A stretch of DNA of 64,000 bases from Perkinsus chesapeaki ATCC PRA-425 (taxonomy: Eukaryota; Protista; Perkinsozoa). The translations under genes and the position numbers were made by a program. The DNA is taken from assembly GCA_013115145.1 (NCBI GenBank), contig JAAPAO010000048.1, positions 40,027 through 104,026 on the forward strand, in the 5' to 3' direction. The notes under the pieces were generated by a model. That model ran no database searches. It was not told the origin of the DNA and saw only the letters and a program-made list of their open reading frames with translations. Positions 54,469 to 64,000 of the stretch are shown piece after piece; within the stretch, counting starts at the first letter, position 1; each line of letters starts with the position of its first letter.

Positions 54469-56650
54469 TCATGGCGTAGAGATGTCGTCATCAATATACA
54501 ATGGAGCTATGGGATGGACGCCTGCCAGGACTTTTAGCATAAACGTAGCTAGATCTCGACTATTCCAATAACAAGAATGAGCACTAATAATACTCATCCT
54601 ATGAACTGAATGAACGATTCCCTCAGTTGTAGACTCTTGAAGAGCGTAGTCTACTCTACCAACTGTACCTATTCACATAAATGACAATGAAGAAATGATA
54701 GCTTACCTGAGCTACCCGCAATATCGGAATGCGATGAAGTGACCTCCTCATCCTCAGTCGACGTTCGGAACATCGCTTCCATCCATGACCTGCGCATATT
54801 CTGGCGGGAGGGGTTAGCATCCCGTTTTGGCTTTCGGTTGGACCTATTAATAACTGTGACGGGCCGCATGTGGGTGAATGACCTAAGTTCGTTGTTTTGC
54901 CAATGAGGAAGGACTAGCGACTCCTTGGGGTAATCCAGAGATACTAGTGGATCAAGTCGAAAAGCCACTGGATCATGTGGATGAAATACATTATAAATCG
55001 GCAGACGGTTAGGCAGATGAAATATGGTTTGGGGTGTTAGTGAGGATTCATCATTCTGTTCAGTAGAATTATTAATGCTCAGAAATACAGCAAGTGGAGA
55101 TCCCCAAAGGAAGAATCTATCAACTTCAAATTTCAATGGGTTTGCTGCTTCCTTAAGGATATCATAAAGTATAACACTTCCTAAAGAGTGACCAACTAAT
55201 GACACTCGACTATTAGCATAACGCTGTGGATGACTCGATTGTAATCGTGACACAGTGTCGTTAAGAAGCTTTGTAACAGTATCAAGGATAATCTGCCTTT
55301 TATCTGGTGTTATATAATATATAATATCAGCAGTTGCAACATTAAGCAACATTCTCGTATCGTGGTATTGTTCTCCTCCCGATAGTCTAGCTGGTGTAAT
55401 CTTCTCGAACATCCTTTTCTGTGATTCACGAACGTGTTTCTTCCAATTGATCATCTCAATATGACAATCAACCTTCATCGACCAAAACCTGCCAAATCAA
55501 CTCTGACGCTCTCAAGTATGCGAAATATGTTTCACCAGTGTAATCTAACAAATTCGAACGTCTCCCTCATCATGTCTAAATTATTATTCAGATGTTCGTC
55601 ACCGGGGCCTATACCATGCACCACAAGGATTATGTGATCAACTGGTCCACCGTAGGCCGTCATATGCTACAATGGAGGAGAGGAGCATCATCATCAGCAC
55701 CCCATTGGCAGGGTAATCAAGTATGAAAGGCTACAGTATGGCTGTAGTTGTCATAACTTCTAGTATCCTTCCCAACACTGCATGTATCATCGTTGTTGTC
55801 ACTGCATTGCTCTTCGGATTTATTTTCTGAATATAAAATGTCTCAATGACAAGGATATCAGTGGCTCCTCGATGGCGAGGAGCATGTTATGAGTTGGTGA
55901 GGGGCAATGGCTCACTTGATTTATCAGTGCTTGGGAGAGGGTGTAGTTCCTTCTTGTATCCAACTACTATGGCATTAAGCTCTTGTTTCATAAGATACTG
56001 GCAAAAACATGTAAGACATCAAATTTGAGTAGATTATAACTCACTTCATTCATCCAATCATCTTCGTCTCGGGTTTGTTCACAAGGACCAGCAGTATTTT
56101 GCTCTTCGACTGAAATGCCAATATAAATAATGCCATGTCTTAGTCCAAGCCTTAGGGTTACCTTCATATGGCTGGAAATCTATAACGACACGCCTAAGGA
56201 TTGATACACTAAGGGACAGGGAGTTATGAAATACTGTGTTACTGCTCAACAGGGAAACCATCCGCGCCAGATGAGGCATGTCCAACTCCAAAGCGAGGAG
56301 GGTGCATTCCTTCGCTTACTATTGTCACCATTATTAAGGAAGATAAGTCGATATATAACAGGAAGAAGAAAACTACTTACATGAGACTGGGATGAAGGCA
56401 AAGGATAAGATGGACAAATAAGAATTGAAGCAGTGAGAAACTAGTATTCGCGTGAGAGATTATGATGTGATGTTCAAGTGACAGCACGCAGGTATGATGA
56501 TATTAAACTCGAATGACGAAGTTATTACACTCGCGACTTGGTTTACTGTCACTTTCATTAACAATACAAGTCTGCAAGCAACAGCCCGCCGGAAACGTGT
56601 GCAGAAACGAATGAGTAGGAAATGAGGTAGTAGCATGAGGCGCAAACCAT
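54469..56650 (-). CDS. DDHD-domain phospholipase A1 (PA-PLA1 family), multi-exon
   Basis: DHIILVVHGIG, lipase motif LVGHSLGSVILYDIL, FFLWGSPLAVFL, YNVFHPHDPVAFRLDPL, SAHSCYWNSRDLATF. The start is approximate. Confidence 0.9.
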
Positions 56651-56799
56651 GCACTTCTTACAAAGGTACTATTATTCTAATAGTATCCAAGCTCGACCGT
56701 ACCGATGGTGATATATTATTACGATACCTGGGGTTAAGATAGTGTTAATCGACTTCTGTAGTATGATTCACCATTCGCTATGATCCAATTTCAATCCAT

Positions 56800-59700
56800 G
56801 AACACAACGTTTGAGCATGCGTGCATCTGCCTCAGAGGACAAATGGCTTTTATAACGAGATAGCCGATCCAACAGCTCAATGATGTGGGTTGACTGAACA
56901 TCAGGCAGTGAGCTGCCACTGTTTGGAAGACTGTTTACTAGCTTACCAGAGTTTCGTAAGCTAACCCATCTTTGAAGGATACATTATCAAATCGGGCAAC
57001 AGCATAAAGCAGGGCACTAATAGAGCAAAAAATGGGCGGAGATTTACGTTGCATAACCTGAAAAATGATACAGAGAGGGGCAGCTACCGGAATACCTCCT
57101 GCAGAACGCTCATATCAGATGTTGCTGTTATTATGTCTTTCGAAGTGAACCGCGATAACGTCTCACCCACAGCACGCAAATAGCGGCTTGGTATCGAAAA
57201 GTCCTGAGGATTGAATATGAATCTGATAATCAAGTAGACTATACTCACATCGTTGATAATTGTCGGTGTTGATGGTATGTAAGACAAACAACTGAGATAA
57301 TGAGAATTATGAAAGCGGTAATAGTAAAGAGATACCTCTTGAGTAGGAATTGAGTGTTCAACTGCTGCTGCTGCTGTTCATAACTGTCATTCTGGCTCCG
57401 AGGTTCCGGAAGAGCTACCTTACACAATGTTTCCAACATACGACAAACATCACCAACATCATCAAATTGAATATCAACTTCATTCTTGAAATGGACTGTC
57501 CCTGTTAGCATGATACTAGCACACACTATCGCTGGTGATGGTGATGGTAATGATGATGTATTGACAATATACTGCAATGCTCTACCAAGTGCTATTGCCC
57601 CTGATATGGAGCTATCAATGGGAGGATGGAGATCTGCTATTGTTCGACAGAGTCGTATTATTGGTTTTATACCATCAGCTGAGATGTACTTTGGTAGGGT
57701 ATCAATTATCCGTGCACGAGATGTTATATCAACTTTTTGGATGAGAATAGCCGAACATGCAACGACTGCAGTAGCAGGCAATGCTCGGATATCTTCAAGC
57801 GCTCTCTCGGTGGCCCTAGATAGACCTCTACGTTGACCAGGGCCCATGTACATCGATGCCTTTGCTATCGTAACATAATCGATTGGATGATCGATAATCA
57901 TTTTCTCCATTGCATATACAAGGGGCTCCATAAAATCAGACTCGTTGACTTTATTCCATCTTTCAAGCATCGTCAACAGCTCATCTTTATTATCAATCAG
58001 CTGCTGTGACTTACTTTGTAACAGTCTAAGAAGATAACTAAAGGCGTTCCCTGAGCCGGTTAAAGACTCATTTAAAGGGACTTCGAAATAAGCCGATAGC
58101 ACAGCACCGTGTAAAGGATTCACCAGAGCTTCAGTGTTGGCTTTAACGTCCACCACATCCCAAGGGGCAATTGATGATGACAATGTGCTCATCGGAATGC
58201 ATCGACTCATTAGGCTACCGATAGCATCTATCAGATGTAATGGTATATTCCTCGATCTCCTCAGAATCTCTGAACTAAGTTGTGTAAGGTATTCCGAATT
58301 GCTGTAGCCGGTATATGATATACAATAGAGAAATGATGTAAGCACTGATAATGGCAGCTCTTTAATATGAAAGATATGCTTCGTTACGGCTGCTTCCCAT
58401 AATACGCTGTCTGTCTTATTCATAGAAGATAGTGCCACAATTATATCACAATCAGATCGACAGTCAGAATGCACCATCATTTGCTTACTAGCTTCATTAA
58501 GTTTATACCAAAGCTCATCTGAGCTCAACTTCATCTTAGCACACGACACCAAGGCTGATGCAAATAGTTGAGGAGTGAAGGCTTCCCAGTTATCAGGTAT
58601 TCGAGATGCTATTATATATGGGAATGTAGAAGTAGGTAGGATAGGGGAGAGGTCACAGGATGCATGTAGTATATTGGATATATGTTGTGGGCTGCTGAAC
58701 TGATGTGTTGAAGTAGTGACAGCATCAATAGCAGTATTACTGTCAAAAGACAACTGATTTATCACTCTCTTGAGCAACAACTGAAAGCAATGTACTGCTT
58801 AGGATGATTCTCACTTTCCGCAACTTACCATTTGGGGGCTATCGTTCTCTATTTCTTCAGGAGATACCAATTTTGATAAGGCATAAAATGTATTGACAAG
58901 AAGGCTGTCCTCTTTCACTGGTGGTGCCTTAATAATAGCTTCACATATAGCAGGAACCAATGGTGAGCTCGACAGGCCTAGTCGACTTAGAGCGTATAGC
59001 TGATTAATCATATTCTAAAAATAATAAAAATGTGTTAGTAACCAAATCGATTATACGACACTTCCACTATTCTACAGCTAGTTGTAGAACTGCCCTAGTC
59101 AACTACAACACTTCCTCAAATGACCTTTTCCACTAAGTGATTTCTGCAAAACACGACCATCAATACGCGAATGTGTATCGAATTTGTTCATGTATGTGAT
59201 CCTACGAACATGCTCCAAGTGAGTGAAATGGCAACGAGGGGCGATGGCGGCATGCTCTATACAAAAACCAAATTGTGGGTATGTTAAAGCCGCCTAACCT
59301 TTAATATAACCAAGATGATGTATGTAAAGAGAATAAGCAAGGAACTGGCTACTATAGAAGCCCCTCTGAGAGTTGCTGCTTGTTATACCAAGGGATGCTA
59401 GAAAAATACTCAAGTTAGTATGAGTGCATTGATGATGGCGAGGGTTGAAATAATCTCCAAAACCTTCATGTTGACTATAACCACTTACCGGTGTATCACA
59501 GCAGCTCGTCCTCCCTGCACCAACAATTGTTGTTGTTGTGGCATACTGCAGTAGCTTACCCTCAATAACACTCATTGCTCGACGGGGTAAAGCACGGCCC
59601 ACTCTACCAAATGCACAAAGTATCTGAATCATCACTAATGACGATTGCTCTCATTTCACCTTACCATGGACACACTCTGATTATCAAACAAATGATCTTT

Positions 59701-61491
59701 ATCGATCAATAGTTCCGGCACTGCTTCGGACCAGAGCTCACTTTCAGAATGACAATATGGTGTTATTATATGCTGATGTATAGTAGAAAATGCATGCAAA
59801 ACCTGAAAACATGTACACAAGTCTGAGTAATGATAGGCATAAATGATATGTAGTGTTATTACATTAGCAATCTCATGAGGTTGATATTGCTTTATGTTAT
59901 TAAGTACACTTGTTGCCATTGGTGGAAGAGTTGAACGACAATCTACTTGTGATTCAGTTGAACTATTCACAGGTGATGCCACGGCTTTACTATAACCAAA
60001 GAGGATATAGATTGTGTATTCCACGATAGCTTACCTCAATGCACCAGCTATTGCTGATACTTCTAGTGGACTAAACTCGTTAGCGGCCAACTAAACAACA
60101 TATTGAGTATCTTACGCGCTTCAACCTAAGATACTCACCATCTTAGGTAGAAGTCTTCTAACGAGTCTGTCCCATATAACAGGGGCATCCCATATTTGTA
60201 GCTTAGCAAAGGCGTGTATTATATTAGCCACATGTTGAGCCTTCATACCATCACTTAATAATCTACCGTCAAGCTCTCGACCAATTACTTTAAAACTGAT
60301 AAAGAACAAGTAGACGACATATGAGACAGGTTAGCACTAGGACATAACATACACATTAATATCCTTTATATCCAATTTACCATATCCATGAGCAATATTA
60401 GATATAGATAACTCCGTAAAGGTAGATTCGCAATCAATAATCTTATCTGTACAACAACAATAACATCATCATCTGTTGCATATAATAACGCCTATGGTCA
60501 GTTTAGTTGCCTTCGAAGTTGAACAACTCAGTAAGCTCATTTCTAAAATCCACTCGTCGTATCAGAGAATCTTCCTTCACTGTGCGGGAATCAACCCAAA
60601 TTCCGGACACATTGCTGCTGCTCGTAGTAGTAGAAGAAGACCGCGATCCATTATTACCAGCAATAACAGTGAATAACTCTTTATCTCGTATACCCATTTT
60701 AGCATATCCATTAACATATCTCGCAATATCCTTTTCGGTCATACCATCTCCTTTGCATTTTATAACAATATCACTGCAAGCTTTAAAGAATCTATCATCG
60801 TTCACTTTTAATCTTGCATAAGCGTTAACGAGTAGGCCGAGATCGTTCCATTGAAAGCTGTCACCACCGCTTTCTATAACTTTCTCCGTCACAGCAGCTA
60901 TAAGATCTTCACTAAGATCATCACCACTAATGAGTTTAGCCCTCGCCAATGAGTTCATCACGGCTGCTACATTCGCTGGTGCCATAATATTCATTAAGAA
61001 TAGCGCCCTGTTCTGTAATGATCTCCATATCTTAACATCGCTAACTTTATTCCTTGCAGCGGCCGAAAATGCACCACAAAGGTCACTCGGGTTCATAGAC
61101 CCAAAATCTCGTACCTACTTTATAAATCCATCCATTAATAGTGTCCTCACCTGACGTTAGAATTTCTGTCTGTTGTCTTTCCTCAGTCTAGAATCTCCTC
61201 CGTGAATCGCCCTGTCAATTGCTATTGGATGCGAAAATTGGAACTGCCCCCAAATTTTTCCTCTATCACTTCTAGATGTAATCGACCCCAGCCCTCCTCC
61301 CCTACCGGCATCCCCTTCAACCTTCTACGATCTCTCTCTTTAACTATATCTTCTGCCATTTTCTGTCGCCTTCTACTTGTCATAAATCCACCAGTAGTAT
61401 CTGGTTTATCTAAATACATCGTCGCTGTTGCAGCTGCCTTCCCTCCACTGCTCATATTCCTTCTACAAATGCCTCTCACTGATGACTCCAT
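56800..61491 (-). CDS. Large helical-repeat (HPR/OPR/RAP-family-like) organellar RNA-binding-like protein; could be two genes
   Basis: Repeated [FM]xPxxL/VxxxxNA[FY]AK/RL units (APANVAAVMNSLARAKL, FQWNDLGLLVNAYARLKV, KAQHVANIIHAFAKLQI, FTPQLFASALVSCAKMKL) and a presequence-like N-terminus at 61491. Boundaries are approximate. Confidence 0.7.
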
Positions 61492-61827
61492 TAATTATCT
61501 ACTCTACTAAGGCTTATGACAACTCGCTAACTCAACAATATTTATTATCAACTTTTCCCATCTCCATCTCACCGAATGATTATTCGACGCACACAAGCGT
61601 AACCCTAAGCTCGTGTTATTGTCGAATGGAAAACAATCTTCATGAATATCTATACAAATAAATGCAACAGTAGATGCTGCCAAAAAAGGTTTCGTCGAAA
61701 CAGTCATCGCCAAAAAAATCGTCGCCAGTTTATGGCAAACTAGCAATGAGGCGTAGACTGAGCTAGAATCACCACAGCAATAACCAAGCTACACATCTTA
61801 AATAATTATGTTCGAATGTTGCTACTG

Positions 61828-63890
61828 TTAATGACGCTTCATGTTGATACTTTGAAGGTTTATTTGTTTACCAACCTCCTCAGAAAGCTCATCATCAAGT
61901 CGTTTACTGATCTCAGCAGCTTTTGAGGGGCAGTCACAAACAAACATAAAATCTACAACCCAGCAAGGCTGCCCATCCTCTGGGCCAACTATATGATCAC
62001 CGGGAGAGACCATCGGGATGCAGTACTTCATTTCACAACCATCTACATTTTGCCATTTGCTCAAGAAGCTGAAGTCGTAAATGACGCCGCTCTTTGGTGA
62101 GTTAACATTACCAAAACCGACAACCGAGATGTTTCTCTGAAATGGCCGTGATGGTAAACCAACAGCTAGGAGCATCACTTCAACACTGAGCTCTACACCA
62201 CTAGTCATTTTATGGCATAAATGTACTGGTCCACCACCCATACGAGCATTAACTTCAATCAGCCGAGGGCCACGTGAAGTGTACTTGGCCTCGACATGAA
62301 ATACACCAGAATCAAAACCTAAAGCCTTGACGGAGTTAATGGCAAGGTCTTTCAATTCATCACAATGTTCTTGAGATAGAGCACTTGGTAGAACACCCCA
62401 AGTCTCGGAAAAGTAGGGCTCTTTGGTGGGAGCATTATCAGTAACAACAGCAAATGTGCAGCCTAAACCTGGGCTGAGAATAACATCTACATCAACCTCA
62501 TGGCCATCAAGATACTCTTCTAGCATAACAGCACTGGAGATACGCCCACTAGCAGCAACAGCGTCCTGACAACAACGATATCTTAGAAAGGATTCAAGCT
62601 AACACCACCTACCGAGTCACTGTGCTCATTACGTCTCTCCAAAGCACCAGAGCTGACCACCAACTCACTTAGGAGCTGTTGGGTCTCTCGATAAACGGAT
62701 AAAAGCTCTACGTGAGAGTTTACCTAAAAATATTATACCAAAACCAATTGGAACAAAATAGTTACTTTCTTGACACCGAGGGAAGCTGCTCCTGAAATTG
62801 GCTTCATGACAGCTGGGTATCCAACCTTAGCAGCTGCAGCCTCTATTTCATCCTCGCGAGAAATGAGGACATGCTAAAGAAATCAACAAATAAATACAGA
62901 GATGGTCTATGCTAGCTTACTGTTGTCCTTGGCAAACCATGCTTTTCTAAAGCTTCCCTAGTCTTATACTTATCTCTAGCAGCATCAACATGGCAGGGTT
63001 GGGGACCAGGTAAACTGAATGCTTCAGTTAAACGGGCCACCATAGGTACAGCTAGCTCGATAACTGTACAAATACCATCAATAGTGATACCACTAGTCAT
63101 CTCAAATGAGCGTAGTGCCTCAACACTGGCTTCAAAAATAGCATCATCACCTTGACCCATATCAAGACCAATAAAGCTTGTGATAACACCCTCGGTGACA
63201 AGCTCAGATGCCCAAGAACATGGGGAATCGATAATGACAGTCTTAACACCAAGTTCACGTGCCTTCTCATAGATGAACCTCTTTCCTCGATAACCAGCAT
63301 TAAAGAATACAATACATGTATCAGACAACAACGACTCTCGAAGCCTTTGACCTTGAAGGCTATCGGCAGTCAGAACGTCCCAAGGTATACCATTAGCACC
63401 GGCAACGTAACTGTGTAAAATGTTCTCAACGCTGTTGGTAACCTTAGACTTATAAGCAGAGCAACTGCGGGGGGATCTGAAATAGAGGAGATGTAACTTC
63501 TATCATCATTAAAGCATATTACAAAGACCAGATAGACAAGTCGTCTTGGCTTGAATCGCCAGCCATAGTTGATCTGCTAATTGATGATTCAGTATTACGC
63601 TTCATAGCATTGCCCTCAATAGTGGTGGGTAGATAAGTATGAGACGCGGTGGTCATTACGACGCCCTTGCTAGAAGGATCACTTACAAACTGAGACGTTA
63701 AAGATGATGTACAGGGAGTGACGACTTGAGGATCATGCGTACGTCTACGTAAAAACCGCACGCCAAATTGGGGCGAGCGAGAAGTACTAAAGGAGTTTTG
63801 GATATTGTTGCTGCTGCTGTTGAGCTCACCGTCAGTAATGGATTGTTGAACTGATACTAGATTAATTGAATAGTTGGATGGGTTAAACAT
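61828..63890 (-). CDS. ATP-grasp amino-acid ligase, carnosine synthase 1 (CARNS1)-like, multi-exon
   Basis: GYRGKRFIYEKARELGV, VDAARDKYKTREAL, YPAVMKPISGAASLGVKKV, MLEEYLDGHEVDVD, GVFHVEAKYTSRGPRLIEVNARMGGG. Confidence 0.85.
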
Positions 63891-63931
63891 AATGCCAGGG
63901 TGTTAGGGGATGAAGCTTAAATGAGCGCCCG

Positions 63932-63933
<2 letters not shown>

Positions 63934-64000
<67 letters not shown>
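63934..64000. other. Terminal poly-G run (67 nt), probable sequencing or assembly artefact
   Basis: Pure G homopolymer running to the window end. Confidence 0.7.

Noticed and set aside
63934-64000. Poly-G as a G-quadruplex or telomere-like structure
   Set aside because: A pure homopolymer at the sequence end is typical of two-colour sequencing or assembly artefacts.

Overview
Eukaryotic nuclear DNA, gene-dense and intron-rich, with many 40-60 nt GT-AG introns and the standard genetic code in the conserved exons checked. A Perkinsus-type alveolate is inferred from intron size, gene content and a near-match to the perkinsid spliced leader. Recognisable genes: DNA ligase I, two HAD-like DWDDT paralogues, RPS10, an AFG2/SPATA5-type AAA ATPase, organellar uS17, a PX-BAR sorting nexin, two intronless alpha-carbonic anhydrases in inverted orientation, a kinesin with tRNA-Leu(CAG) in an intron, a C2H2 zinc-finger protein, SSNA1/DIP13, two tandem CbiX/SirB-like chelatases, cathepsin L, a DDHD phospholipase, a helical-repeat organellar RNA-binding-like protein and a carnosine-synthase-like ATP-grasp ligase. 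A decayed LTR-retroelement remnant is probable at about 50-51.6 kb. The least explained signals are non-coding: (i) a 16-bp motif TTTCGTGGCGCGTGAC repeated about 10 times in both orientations, mostly inside short introns of unrelated genes; (ii) a family of tRNA 3'-half (B-box plus T-tract) remnants in introns; (iii) two spaced arrays with CGAAA-containing cores; (iv) a spliced-leader relic inside an intron. The intron-bearing CbiX pair is the most unusual protein-coding feature. Exon structures were read by eye, so many gene ends are approximate, and no database searches were run.
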